Virus record (IMG/VR): IMGVR_UViG_3300027749_000069 | Location: 30,383-94,382 of that record | DNA from: a virus | Lineage: Duplodnaviria > Caudoviricetes | Strand: one strand, 5' to 3' | Length of the DNA: 64,000 bases | Part shown: positions 1-9,715 of the stretch, piece after piece | Layout of the letters: each line of letters starts with the position of its first letter | Numbering within the stretch: position 1 is the stretch's first letter | The notes under the pieces: model-generated | Seen by the model: the letters and a program-made list of their open reading frames with translations, nothing else | Databases searched by the model: none | What the model was told of the DNA's origin: nothing | Made by a program: the position numbers and the translations under genes

Positions 1-29
1 ACTTCTATAATTTTTTCTTTTTCCATATA

Positions 30-2060
30 TTATGCTTGTCCTCCATATGACACGATTGCACCAGGTGGTATTGTTAACACATTACCAACAACAGGTAGAA
101 CGACTAATTTATTTGCTACGTGTGTATATGAATTATTATTTACTTCTTTAGTGTACCCATTAACCGTTGATTTTAAAAACGTTAATAAGTTATTATCTTG
201 ACCAAATATTGGTTGGGATGCGTTTACACCTCTTTTATCTAATTCTTCTACAATACCGACAATAGTTCTAGTATTACTAAATCCTGGTTTTTTATATGAA
301 AATGCATCAATAACACCAGGTACTTGGAAATTAGGTCCACCAAATAATGCAGCATCTATTGTTTTGTCAATCACAGTAAATAATGCGTTACAGTTATTAA
401 GCTTTGTGTCCAACAGTCCACGTAATAAATTTATAATAGAAAGAATATAATCTCTATATTTTTTAATTTTTTCTTTTAATATATTATATGCTGTAATTTT
501 TAAAAATTCAAGTAAATCTTTTTTAACCAATTTCCAAAACTCACTTATAAATTTCCATAAAATATCCTTAATTATTTTAAAAAATAATTTATGTAATTTT
601 TTCATTATTTCTTTCGCCAATAAAACAACATTACCACCTGCTGAATTTACATATTTATAAATTATTACAATTGGTAATATATACTTTGGTGATAAAATAG
701 AACCAATTAATGCTTTAGGTAAGTTTAAAATATAATTGTTTAATAACGATATTTGAAAATTAACTAATGGTATTGTTCCACCGGCTTCTTGATATGATGT
801 TGTTGCGACATTTAAAAAGACGTCATTTACGGCATCATTTAAATTGTTTTTTGAAAGATACACAAAATCTTCATAGTGTGATGGATTTGATGGTATTGTA
901 AAATTATTACAATCTGTAAATTTTAAAACTTTATTAAATCTATTTGCTTCATCATCTAAATCAATACCTTCCATATCATCAAAATCAAAGAAAGATTCTA
1001 TATCATCATCATCTTCATTAAATTGATTTTCCACACTTTGGTTTAATCCTTGACTTGGGTTATTACAAACTTTCATCAATTTATTTAGTAATCTATTTAA
1101 ATCATTCATACCGATATCAAATAACGGGGGTTCAGATTTATCACCTTTCAAAACCATCATCGTTGCGGTTTTAACCACCGCTGATAAATCTAACTGTTCA
1201 ATATTACTATAATAATCATTAAAAAAACCACCAACAGTAGTACCTGTTTGAGTTGTGGTTGTCATTCCTGTTAATCCAGATAAAGTAAATTCTTGATTTG
1301 CTTCACCCCAATTTAAGTCAAATAGTTTTTTTCCGTCAGATGTTTCAACCGATTGAGGTGTTGTGAAACTACTGTACAATATACGATTCATTTTAATTAA
1401 ATTCCTTGATGGGTTTTGTGGTTCATAGACAATTTGACCACTATTACTAGTTGGGTTTACAGTCAAAACATTCATAAAATCAAATTCACCAGGACGTATG
1501 AGTAATGTGTCATTCAAGATTGGAGTTGATGAACCACAAATACCATCTCCAGCAAAAAGGATATTTTTAACATTATCCATCACAATGTTTTTAGAAGACG
1601 TTATTGTTGTATTAATGGCTTCATGAGCTAAAAAATGTAATCTGTCTTTAGACACAAAGTTTTGTGTCGTAAATTTAGACCCATAAGTTTTTCTAACAGT
1701 AAAAGTTGTAGATTTTTTTTTATTTAAAAAAGTATCAACTAAATCAAGCATTTGACTAAAAATATCAGTTTTTAATTTTCCTTCTATTTTTTTCTTATGT
1801 TTAGCTTTTAAATCTGTAATTTTTTTCTTTAATTTTCTTTTTGCATCCGCAAGTAATGGACCATCTCCATTAAAATCAATAAAAGAATCTGGAGCATCAT
1901 TAATTTTTTCGGTAAATTCCTTAATTGCTTGAATTTTTCCTTTAATTTTATTGATTAATACCTTTATTTTACCTGGACCAGCAGGTTTTAAATTTTCTGC
2001 TCTTTCTATTGATTTCTGTTGAAAAGCTGGGTCCGATAATTTATCGTTTATTGATGACAT
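30..2060 (-). CDS. Large hypothetical phage protein, probably late/structural
   Basis: 676-aa ORF coupled to the upstream 125-aa gene (TAATG overlap); no recognisable catalytic motif; contains an SGLTGMTTTTQTGTT cluster. Confidence 0.55.
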   Translation of the reverse strand: MSSINDKLSDPAFQQKSIERAENLKPAGPGKIKVLINKIKGKIQAIKEFTEKINDAPDSFIDFNGDGPLLADAKRKLKKKITDLKAKHKKKIEGKLKTDIFSQMLDLVDTFLNKKKSTTFTVRKTYGSKFTTQNFVSKDRLHFLAHEAINTTITSSKNIVMDNVKNILFAGDGICGSSTPILNDTLLIRPGEFDFMNVLTVNPTSNSGQIVYEPQNPSRNLIKMNRILYSSFTTPQSVETSDGKKLFDLNWGEANQEFTLSGLTGMTTTTQTGTTVGGFFNDYYSNIEQLDLSAVVKTATMMVLKGDKSEPPLFDIGMNDLNRLLNKLMKVCNNPSQGLNQSVENQFNEDDDDIESFFDFDDMEGIDLDDEANRFNKVLKFTDCNNFTIPSNPSHYEDFVYLSKNNLNDAVNDVFLNVATTSYQEAGGTIPLVNFQISLLNNYILNLPKALIGSILSPKYILPIVIIYKYVNSAGGNVVLLAKEIMKKLHKLFFKIIKDILWKFISEFWKLVKKDLLEFLKITAYNILKEKIKKYRDYILSIINLLRGLLDTKLNNCNALFTVIDKTIDAALFGGPNFQVPGVIDAFSYKKPGFSNTRTIVGIVEELDKRGVNASQPIFGQDNNLLTFLKSTVNGYTKEVNNNSYTHVANKLVVLPVVGNVLTIPPGAIVSYGGQA

Positions 2061-2437
2061 TATAATGAATAATTACTTGGTTTATTATCTGAACCATCAT
2101 TTACCAGTTTATCTAATAACTCCCTATCTTCATCTGATAATGTAAGTTTACCCATTGGACCACCTCCATTACCACCACCTGTAGTTTGTTTTAATAATAA
2201 GCTTTGTAATTTAACTAATGAAATTTTCTTTTCAGTACAATCGTTTAATATCTTCTGTTGTTCTTTAATAACAGGACCAATTGTACTCATGTCTTCGGCG
2301 TCCTTCATAAATCCCATCATTTTTCTCAAAATTTGGGACGCAGTGTTTCTATTCTCAACAACGTCGTTGTAGATTTCCTGCATTAAGGCTAACGCCGAAT
2401 CAACATCTAAAGTAATATTGTTTCTTTGTGTTCTCAT
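2060..2437 (-). CDS. Hypothetical helical protein
   Basis: 125-aa ORF, coiled-coil-like; TATTTATT box on the minus strand at 2441-2448 just upstream. Confidence 0.6.
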   Translation of the reverse strand: MRTQRNNITLDVDSALALMQEIYNDVVENRNTASQILRKMMGFMKDAEDMSTIGPVIKEQQKILNDCTEKKISLVKLQSLLLKQTTGGGNGGGPMGKLTLSDEDRELLDKLVNDGSDNKPSNYSL

Positions 2438-2451
2438 ATCAATAAATAGAT

Positions 2452-3150
2452 TTATTCTAAAAATCCAACCAGAATACCATCATACATCTTTTTAAAACGT
2501 TTTAGGGATACTCTAATCTCTTTTGTGGATAATGAGGTCATTTCTCGTAATGAGAGTAAGATAAGGTTCTTATTGAATTTATTACCGTCACCAACTTGGA
2601 ATATTTTATCAAAATTGCTAAAAATCTCTAACAAGGCATATCCCAATTTTTGTTCGTTTTCCGTTAGGTTTTCCTTCTCAATAAAGTTTTCTAAAGAAAT
2701 GGTTAATTTAATTATAACACTTTGGTAATCAATAATATGTTCGTCAATAACATAAGACAAATCTTTCCTATCTTCAATGTCAGATGATATGTCATCATAA
2801 GATACTTGTCTATTCTGTTCTTTAGTGTCTTTCTGTATCGCCCCCATAAGGTAGTTTTTACAGATAGTACCAAAGTATGAATACGCTTTAGTGTTCTTTG
2901 TGTGGTCGAATTTATTAATTTTGGTAATTAAAAAAGACATAGTATCAGTGTGAATTTCTTCAAATTCCATATCCTTCCTATATAATTTATATCTCCTAAT
3001 AATACTCTCAACCATAATAACTAATGGTTCTCTTAAGAACTCGTTGAATATTTTGTTTCTTTCATCTTCGTCGGTACTCTCTAGATACTTAACGACGGCT
3101 TTTTCTTGATCCTCACCAAAGTATATTTTTTGGGTTCGTGGTCTCGGCAT
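2452..3150 (-). CDS. Phage RNA polymerase sigma factor (sigma70-family, gp55-like late sigma candidate)
   Basis: Region-2-like KFDHTKNTKAYSYFGTICKNYL and a C-terminal HTH-like LLSLREMTSLSTKEIRVSLKRF. Confidence 0.7.
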   Translation of the reverse strand: MPRPRTQKIYFGEDQEKAVVKYLESTDEDERNKIFNEFLREPLVIMVESIIRRYKLYRKDMEFEEIHTDTMSFLITKINKFDHTKNTKAYSYFGTICKNYLMGAIQKDTKEQNRQVSYDDISSDIEDRKDLSYVIDEHIIDYQSVIIKLTISLENFIEKENLTENEQKLGYALLEIFSNFDKIFQVGDGNKFNKNLILLSLREMTSLSTKEIRVSLKRFKKMYDGILVGFLE

Positions 3151-3930
3151 TTAAACTGTTTCATAATTTACATCTCGTTTATTCTTAAAAAAGAATTCCT
3201 TCTTGGCTGTTTCCAACCAAAATTTAACCTCATTTTCTGACAGTTTTTGTTTTTCATTATTCTTGTAACTCCAAAATAATGAATCTTCTCTTAAATTAAC
3301 ATGTTGATAACCGATTTTAGGAACTGTCATGACCCTAATACCATTGTGTGTTAATCTTAAAAAGAATTCGTATGCGAATGTTAATTTAATATTTTCTTTT
3401 AAACTACCATTATCCTTAATAACTTGGGTTCTATATAAACCACCACTTATTTGATAATTTTGAAAATCTAATAATACTTCGTTGTCGATGAACCCTTGCA
3501 TTTCAGTAAACCCATAAGCCCAAGCTGATTCATTTGTAAAACTTACAAATTTACCATCAGTATTAATGTCTCTTACAATAGGTAAAAACACATCAACATC
3601 TTTATATATTTTCATATAGTCGTTGGTTGATTTTAACCAAATAGGTTTAAATTCGTCATCAACTTCTAAAATAGTAAACCATTCAGTATCACATTTATCA
3701 ATACCTAAATTGATTTGTGAACAAAAATCTGTTTCACCTTTATTAACTACAATTTCAATTTCTAATTTTTCAGAAAGATTCTCTAAATCTTTTTTTAATT
3801 TACTTGGACAAACAATTGATACTTTAACATCATTGTGAAAGTCCTCAATAGATGATAGTGCGTTATCTAACATAACTTTATAATCGTCATCTAATTTATG
3901 TAAAGGTAAAATTACTGTTATATTTTTCAT
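3151..3930 (-). CDS. Glycosyltransferase, GT-A fold (family 2-like)
   Basis: N-terminal ITVILP..., INLGIDKCDTEWFTILEVDD (DxDD-like), YEFFLRL...PKIGYQH, all typical of GT2. Confidence 0.85.
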   Translation of the reverse strand: MKNITVILPLHKLDDDYKVMLDNALSSIEDFHNDVKVSIVCPSKLKKDLENLSEKLEIEIVVNKGETDFCSQINLGIDKCDTEWFTILEVDDEFKPIWLKSTNDYMKIYKDVDVFLPIVRDINTDGKFVSFTNESAWAYGFTEMQGFIDNEVLLDFQNYQISGGLYRTQVIKDNGSLKENIKLTFAYEFFLRLTHNGIRVMTVPKIGYQHVNLREDSLFWSYKNNEKQKLSENEVKFWLETAKKEFFFKNKRDVNYETV

Positions 3931-3931
3931 A

Positions 3932-4996
3932 TTATACTGTTTCTTCTTGTTTTAATTTGTCTATTGCTGATTGAATGGATTCATTTCTTTTATTTATTAA
4001 TGAACCAAATATTGATAGGATATTATTTTTAGTTATTTCAGTTTCATAAGGTAGTAATGTTTCTTTCATTTTGTCCTTAACTTCATCAGTTAATTCAATA
4101 CCTTCAATCCAAGCTAATATATATGTACCTAATAATTCAACTAATTTATTACCATCATATGTCCACATACCATTTTCACTTAACCAATCTGGTTCGGTGT
4201 CAGGGATTTTACCAACTACAGGTACACCACATTTCATAGATTCTAATGGAAATGTACCAAAAGTACTTTCATCGTCAACCCATAATGATACCATACATTC
4301 TTTTAGATTTGTTGAAAACTCATCATAAGACATTTGAACCATATCTCTAAATGTAATCCAACGCAATTGTGGAAACTTTAAATAAAATTCAGAAATTAAT
4401 TTTCTATGTACGGCTCTATCTCTACAACTAATTGCCACATATGGTTTTAATGGCAATTCAATTGGTTTAAAGTTATCTCCAATAATTGGTGGAATAATAT
4501 AAACTAAACTTTCAGGAAAATAATCTAAAATATATCTCTTCGCACTTTCAGTTGTTGTAATAACTTTATCAAATCCATATTCACTATACCTACTTCCAAT
4601 TGGTAATGTTTCGAACATATACTCTTTTTGTTGTACCAATAAAACTTTAACACATCTAATGTTTGATAATTGTTGTAATGTGTTTCCATAATACTCGGGA
4701 ACAACTAAAACATCTTCAATTTTAATTTCTACTTTATCTTCTTTGATTGATACAACTTCTAATTCACTATATTCTTCACTTAACCAAGAACTAACCCCAA
4801 CATAGTTTTTATCCTCAACTAAAATTTTGGATTTTCTACCGTTTTTATTAAGTGTTAATGCTAAATCGTAAATGTATTTTACCGATGCTCTGGCATTTGT
4901 TTTAGTATCATATGTTAAAAAATATATAACACTTTCATTGTTATTTAATCTACCTAAGGCAGATTCTAATTTTTCTATGTTTTCGTTATTACTCAT
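3932..4996 (-). CDS. Glycosyltransferase, GT-B fold (family 1/4-like)
   Basis: ESTFGTFPLESMKCGVPVVG matches the E-x-F-G-x-x-x-x-E-A-M-x-x-G-x-P-V nucleotide-sugar-binding motif. Confidence 0.85.
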   Translation of the reverse strand: MSNNENIEKLESALGRLNNNESVIYFLTYDTKTNARASVKYIYDLALTLNKNGRKSKILVEDKNYVGVSSWLSEEYSELEVVSIKEDKVEIKIEDVLVVPEYYGNTLQQLSNIRCVKVLLVQQKEYMFETLPIGSRYSEYGFDKVITTTESAKRYILDYFPESLVYIIPPIIGDNFKPIELPLKPYVAISCRDRAVHRKLISEFYLKFPQLRWITFRDMVQMSYDEFSTNLKECMVSLWVDDESTFGTFPLESMKCGVPVVGKIPDTEPDWLSENGMWTYDGNKLVELLGTYILAWIEGIELTDEVKDKMKETLLPYETEITKNNILSIFGSLINKRNESIQSAIDKLKQEETV

Positions 4997-5270
4997 CGTC
5001 TTCTATTAATATTTGGTTTTTTATTAGTGTATTAAATGCTATTTTAAATGATGTGGTTGTGTTGTTTTGTGCAAATTCACCAAGTTCTTCATCTACTTGT
5101 TCAAACTCAGCCAAAACTCTATCTAAACACATTTTTATAATTTCATACTTGAAAATGTTTACCTCGGTAACATCTTCTCCATCCTCGTCTTTTATATTTT
5201 TTCCTGTTCTACATTTGTCTGTGACTCCGTCAAGGTCAATGTAGTAGGTTTTTCCAAAGATTTCAACCAT
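4989..5270 (-). CDS. Small acidic hypothetical protein in the glycosyltransferase operon
   Basis: 93-aa ORF overlapping both neighbours. Confidence 0.6.
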   Translation of the reverse strand: MVEIFGKTYYIDLDGVTDKCRTGKNIKDEDGEDVTEVNIFKYEIIKMCLDRVLAEFEQVDEELGEFAQNNTTTSFKIAFNTLIKNQILIEDDE

Positions 5271-5836
5271 GGTTCTTGTATTTCTGTTAATTTAGTTATT
5301 TCTTTTTTATTTGTAAAGTATTGATTATAAGTCGTGTTGAATTTAATTACAACTTTATCATTTGGACACGAATCAACTATTTTTTTACAATCAGTAATCC
5401 AAACATCACACTTGTTCCAATTTTCATCTAAATTTTCTGTTTTGATAGATTTAATATTATTACCCATAAATCCATTTTTTGACAAGAAGAAAAGAGTTGC
5501 AGGTTTTGCTTTACCTAATTCATCTAAACCGACTAACGTAAAATTATGTTCTGGATTGTCAAAAATCATTTTATGTAAATCCGTAAATGTGGTAGAATAA
5601 CTCAATCCAGCATGACCAAATATTTCAATTGGATATTCAACAAATAAAAAATATTCAAATTCTTCTTGTGATTGAAATTTATAAGAATTTAATAAATTGT
5701 CGTTTTGAATTGGTTCCGTTATGTCGTATTCAAAGACATCTTCACTTTCACTATCTAAATAAGAATCCTTATAATGAAAGTCAAATTTTTGTATTGTGTT
5801 TCTTATGACACCGTCTATACTAATAAAAATTTCCAT
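5192..5836 (-). CDS. HAD-superfamily 5'(3')-deoxyribonucleotidase-like protein with degenerate catalytic motif
   Basis: N-terminal IFISIDGVIRN (cf. DxDGV), DVWITD (cf. DxxIDD) and FNTTYNQ, typical of NT5C-like phage proteins. Confidence 0.6.
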   Translation of the reverse strand: MEIFISIDGVIRNTIQKFDFHYKDSYLDSESEDVFEYDITEPIQNDNLLNSYKFQSQEEFEYFLFVEYPIEIFGHAGLSYSTTFTDLHKMIFDNPEHNFTLVGLDELGKAKPATLFFLSKNGFMGNNIKSIKTENLDENWNKCDVWITDCKKIVDSCPNDKVVIKFNTTYNQYFTNKKEITKLTEIQEPWLKSLEKPTTLTLTESQTNVEQEKI

Positions 5837-5840
5837 AATA

Positions 5841-5871
5841 AAAATATAACATATCCATAATCATAAGTAAA
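5841..5871 (-). promoter_or_regulatory. Host-type (Bacteroidota sigma70-like) promoter candidate for the HAD-GT-GT-sigma operon
   Basis: Minus strand TTTA-N19-TATATTTT, a near match to TTTG-N19-21-TAnnTTTG. Confidence 0.45.
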
Positions 5872-5876
5872 TAATA

Positions 5877-5908
5877 AACCCACACCATTATAGTAAAGGA
5901 TGTGGGTT
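5877..5908 (-). terminator. Possible hairpin/terminator downstream of phoH
   Basis: Inverted repeat AACCCACA ... TGTGGGTT with a long loop and weak U tail. Confidence 0.4.
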
Positions 5909-5932
5909 CAATTATATAATCTAATAATTATT

Positions 5933-6664
5933 TTAATCGTATCTATTCAATATTTCACCAATGATTGGATTTCGTACAATGTCTTGCATTCCAAATTCAA
6001 AAATCCCAATTCCCTTAACATCTTGTAATCTCATTTTAGCGTCAAATAAACCAGATTTAGTTTTATCTCTAAATTTATCTGATTGCTCCAAATCACCTGA
6101 TAAAAAGAATTTGGAGTTGAATCCAATACGAGTTAATAATAACTTAATCTGTGATGGGGTAGCATTTTGAGCTTCTTCAAATACTAAGATGGTATTATCT
6201 ACGTTCCAACCTCTCATATAAGCGAGTGCTGCAACTTCAATGTAACCTTGGTCTTTTAGTTCTTCACGAGCCTCTTTACCTATAATCTTATTTAATAGGT
6301 AATATGACGGATAAATGTATGGGTCTAATTTCTCCTCTAAACCCCCTGGAAGTGACCCTAATTTCTCTTCAGCCTCAACTGCGGGTCTAACTATGATAAT
6401 CTTCTCGTACTTGTTAGAATCGTCATATAATAGGTCCACAGCACGTTTCATGGCTATGTAGGACTTACCTACACCTGCTGGACCGAAACATAATGTAATT
6501 TGATTTTCTCCAAGAATATTCCAATAGATTTCTTGGTTTTTTGTTAAGAACTTTTCTTTAGGACGTTTGATAATTTGTCTAATCCTATCTTTATGTGATA
6601 TCTTCTTTTCTTCTACTAATACGGGTGGGTGGTTGGTTGTTTTGGTTCTTGTTTTATATGCCAA
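5933..6664 (-). CDS. phoH: PhoH-family ATPase
   Basis: Walker A GPAGVGKS, RPAVEAEEKLGSLPG, AYMRG, EEAQN, LLTRIG, GDLEQSD, DIVRNP. Confidence 0.95.
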   Translation of the reverse strand: MAYKTRTKTTNHPPVLVEEKKISHKDRIRQIIKRPKEKFLTKNQEIYWNILGENQITLCFGPAGVGKSYIAMKRAVDLLYDDSNKYEKIIIVRPAVEAEEKLGSLPGGLEEKLDPYIYPSYYLLNKIIGKEAREELKDQGYIEVAALAYMRGWNVDNTILVFEEAQNATPSQIKLLLTRIGFNSKFFLSGDLEQSDKFRDKTKSGLFDAKMRLQDVKGIGIFEFGMQDIVRNPIIGEILNRYD

Positions 6665-6707
6665 AATTGATAGTTTTAAAAGTTCTGTTTATTGTTTATA
6701 AATATCA

Positions 6708-7361
6708 TCAAACACCGGTAGATCCAAATCCTCCCTCACCTCTTTCTGTATTAGATAATTCAGGAACTTCAGTCATATATATGGTAGGATAAGGTAATAT
6801 GATGATTTGAGCTCCTCTATCTCCAACTTTGTATTTAATTGAGTCCAAACCATTTGTTTTCTTAAAGGTGGCTTGTAATTCTCCTCTATATCCACTATCA
6901 ATTACACCAACACAATTTGATAACATTAAATCTTGGTTTCTAACTGAAGAACGAGGGAATACTAATCCAACATAACCTTGTGGGATTTCCATGGCAATAC
7001 CAAATCCATAAGAAACACTAAATGATGTATTTTCTATTTCTCTTGTAATTGTTAAATCCATTCCAGCATCCCCAACTTTTGAATATGATGGAATTACAGC
7101 TTCAGGAACTAATTTTTTAACTTTAACTAAAGTACCTCCACCCGTCATCGTTGGTTGAGTGTTAATTATATTTTGTCCGGCAACAGGGGTATTAATATTT
7201 TTTGAAACTTCGTCATTAGTAATTTCGCCAGATAATTTATTTAGAACTTCTTCTAACTCACTTAAATAACTCATATCCTGACTTTCATCGGTATCATCAT
7301 TTAGTGTTTTTTCAATCTCTTCTAATTTTTTTAAATACTGTTCTATTTCTTCTTTTTCCAT
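6708..7361 (-). CDS. dut: Trimeric dUTPase with an acidic N-terminal extension
   Basis: GDAGMDL, PRSS, GVIDSGYRGE, GDRGAQ and RGEGGFGSTG (motifs I-V). Confidence 0.95.
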   Translation of the reverse strand: MEKEEIEQYLKKLEEIEKTLNDDTDESQDMSYLSELEEVLNKLSGEITNDEVSKNINTPVAGQNIINTQPTMTGGGTLVKVKKLVPEAVIPSYSKVGDAGMDLTITREIENTSFSVSYGFGIAMEIPQGYVGLVFPRSSVRNQDLMLSNCVGVIDSGYRGELQATFKKTNGLDSIKYKVGDRGAQIIILPYPTIYMTEVPELSNTERGEGGFGSTGV

Positions 7362-7362
7362 T

Positions 7363-7575
7363 TTATTTTTTCTTTTCTTCCAACCATTTATCTAACGCCT
7401 TTATTCTTCTTTTAAGGTCATCATCTTGGGGTCTTAAACATATTTCTACGAATAAATCTGTTATTCGTATTAACTCTTCTAAAGTAACAGAAACACCAAC
7501 TGTTGTAACATACTCTAAAGCCATTTTACTTTGCGATTGACGCATAATTTGTATTTCACGACTATAGAATTCCAT
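7363..7575 (-). CDS. Hypothetical protein
   Basis: 70-aa ORF in operon; IMRQSQSKMALE. Confidence 0.6.
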   Translation of the reverse strand: MEFYSREIQIMRQSQSKMALEYVTTVGVSVTLEELIRITDLFVEICLRPQDDDLKRRIKALDKWLEEKKK

Positions 7576-7594
7576 ATCAGTTGGTGTTTAATTG

Positions 7595-7831
7595 TTATTT
7601 ACTTTTGTAATACTCTGGTGTGTTCTTACTGTCAATGATACACTCAATTGCCATTTTTGCAACTGAAATACTTTCACTTGAACGCGTGTCACCAGCTCTG
7701 TATTTTGATGCAACAATGGTTGCCTCTTCTACTGATTCCGCTTCGATAATGTACTTGTACTTTTTAACACGAGGATTTCCTTCTCTGTCCATTTGTTCGG
7801 TCTCATAACCGATTGTAACTAAATAATGCAT
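7595..7831 (-). CDS. DUF4494-like protein (Bacteroidota family)
   Basis: GNPRVKKYKYIIEAESVEEA resembles the DUF4494 G..KK....YLV.A.S..EA pattern (recognised by eye). Confidence 0.55.
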   Translation of the reverse strand: MHYLVTIGYETEQMDREGNPRVKKYKYIIEAESVEEATIVASKYRAGDTRSSESISVAKMAIECIIDSKNTPEYYKSK

Positions 7832-7837
7832 GTTGTT

Positions 7838-9058
7838 TTATTTTATTATTGATTTAAAAAATTCTACTCTATCTTGACAAACTTTTTTTAATGAGTATTT
7901 GTCTTTTACTGTTTCATATAAACGATTACCTAAATCTTCAATCATATTTGGATTTTCAACTAAACGTTTCATATGTTTTGCCCAATCCTTATGATTTCTT
8001 CTTGGGTTAACTAATAATGCGTTACCGTTATCATTAAACTTACCGTCGTTAATTGCTGAAATTAAATCTAATGTATATGGGTCAGTTTCACTTGCAATAA
8101 TTGCTTTCTTATGAAATCCCGCTTCAATAACTTTTAATTGTGATTTGTTAGCATTAAATTGAGATTCAACTAACGGCGCTAAAGATACATCAAATGTGTT
8201 ATAATTTGATGCATATGTTTTAATATCCTTTGTCCATCTTCTTCTATACGGTTCGTTCACATCATCATACGGTGTATCAACAAATGTATTTAAAAAACTT
8301 TTATATTGAGGACTTAATACTTTATAATCTTCAGTAAAGAATTTTTCATACTTATACCAAACAGTTTCCGTTGGTTGAATTGAACGTTGTCTTTGTTTTC
8401 CTTCTTGGTCAATTTCAGTCACAGTACCTCTTAAGTCAAACCCACATAACACAAATTGTACTTTATCTTTGAAACTGTTATGTGTTGAAGAAATACCATT
8501 TGACATTAATTCAATATCAGATAAATGTGAAGAACCTCCTAACCAACCAAATCTAATTTTATCTGATTTAATTGGTTCTCTTTTAAATTGAGGTTCATCT
8601 TCATTAACCGCATTTGGAAAAATTTCAATATTTTTTACATTTAATCTATCTTTAATTGTTTTTGCAAAAATTGAAGTTGTTGTTGTGACATAATCCACCA
8701 CTTTTAACATCTCCATTTTCATTTCACCAATTTTAGAATTTTTAATCTGATGATACATTGGGTGTCTTTGATCTACAAACCATAAATCATCAATATCCAT
8801 AATAACTTTAATTCCTTTTGATTGTAACCACTTAATCCTATTAATATTATCGTCGTGATTTGTTTGGTGTATGAAAGTGTGGAATACGACGATATCGTAA
8901 TTTAAAAAATACTCATCATTATTATCTGCATTATATGAGATATCCACGTGAACATCATCCGAATGATTATCACCAATGAATTGGTAAGGGTCCATCATTC
9001 TAAACTTACCTACACCATGTTTATCCGAGGGGATTGCTAAAATTCTAATTTTTGACAT
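7838..9058 (-). CDS. Glycosyltransferase, GT-B fold
   Basis: GVGKFRMMDP, MDIDDLW, FPNAV, FGWLGGSSHLSD, DVSLAPL...FNANKSQLKVIEAG, a common large-phage GT family pattern. Confidence 0.85.
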   Translation of the reverse strand: MSKIRILAIPSDKHGVGKFRMMDPYQFIGDNHSDDVHVDISYNADNNDEYFLNYDIVVFHTFIHQTNHDDNINRIKWLQSKGIKVIMDIDDLWFVDQRHPMYHQIKNSKIGEMKMEMLKVVDYVTTTTSIFAKTIKDRLNVKNIEIFPNAVNEDEPQFKREPIKSDKIRFGWLGGSSHLSDIELMSNGISSTHNSFKDKVQFVLCGFDLRGTVTEIDQEGKQRQRSIQPTETVWYKYEKFFTEDYKVLSPQYKSFLNTFVDTPYDDVNEPYRRRWTKDIKTYASNYNTFDVSLAPLVESQFNANKSQLKVIEAGFHKKAIIASETDPYTLDLISAINDGKFNDNGNALLVNPRRNHKDWAKHMKRLVENPNMIEDLGNRLYETVKDKYSLKKVCQDRVEFFKSIIK

Positions 9059-9077
9059 TAATTACTATTATATGTCT

Positions 9078-9108
9078 ATAATATAACAAATAAAAATGAA
9101 AAAACAAA
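9078..9108 (-). promoter_or_regulatory. Host-type promoter candidate for the GT-DUF4494-dUTPase operon
   Basis: Minus strand TTTG-N19-TATATTAT. Confidence 0.5.
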
Positions 9109-9109
9109 A

Positions 9110-9682
9110 TTACTTCGCTTTATTTACTCCTGTGATTTTACCTTTGAATATGGAATCACCTACCTTTAATACTAAATTTTCGTTAATTGATGCAGTGGTT
9201 GATGCTGATAATATTTGATTTAACTTTTCATCCATTACTTTACGAACTGTATTTTCAATAAGTGTGGCAATTGCCCCCATATCAATATTACTATTGTATT
9301 GTACTACTTGTTTTTGTTGTGGTTGTTTTTTACCAACACCTTCTTGTTCCATTAATCTTTTGGCACCTTTTAAGAAATCCATATCAAGTGTATCATTTAA
9401 AGATATTTGTTGAATTGGATTCTCAATCATTGCTTTTTTAATTGCATCAGGTAATTTAGAATTTTGTATTTTATCAACAGATGGCATTCCCATTTGTTTT
9501 GTTGAAGATTGTTGTGGTAAATCTTGATTATTCATTAAATCTTCTGGACTTGACCTTAACATTTCTTCATTTACATGACCTCTTTCATAGTTTCCTCCAT
9601 CTACTTTATTCATTACTTTTTTAGCATTAACTAATTTTTGCATTAAATCGTTAGATGATATTGTTCCTTTTCCTTGTGACAT
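9110..9682 (-). CDS. Hypothetical late protein, possibly prohead core
   Basis: 190 aa; SKLPDAIKKAMIENPI; late box at 9686-9693. Confidence 0.55.
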   Translation of the reverse strand: MSQGKGTISSNDLMQKLVNAKKVMNKVDGGNYERGHVNEEMLRSSPEDLMNNQDLPQQSSTKQMGMPSVDKIQNSKLPDAIKKAMIENPIQQISLNDTLDMDFLKGAKRLMEQEGVGKKQPQQKQVVQYNSNIDMGAIATLIENTVRKVMDEKLNQILSASTTASINENLVLKVGDSIFKGKITGVNKAK

Positions 9683-9715
9683 ACTAATAAATATTTTATT
9701 TAAATATAATATTTT

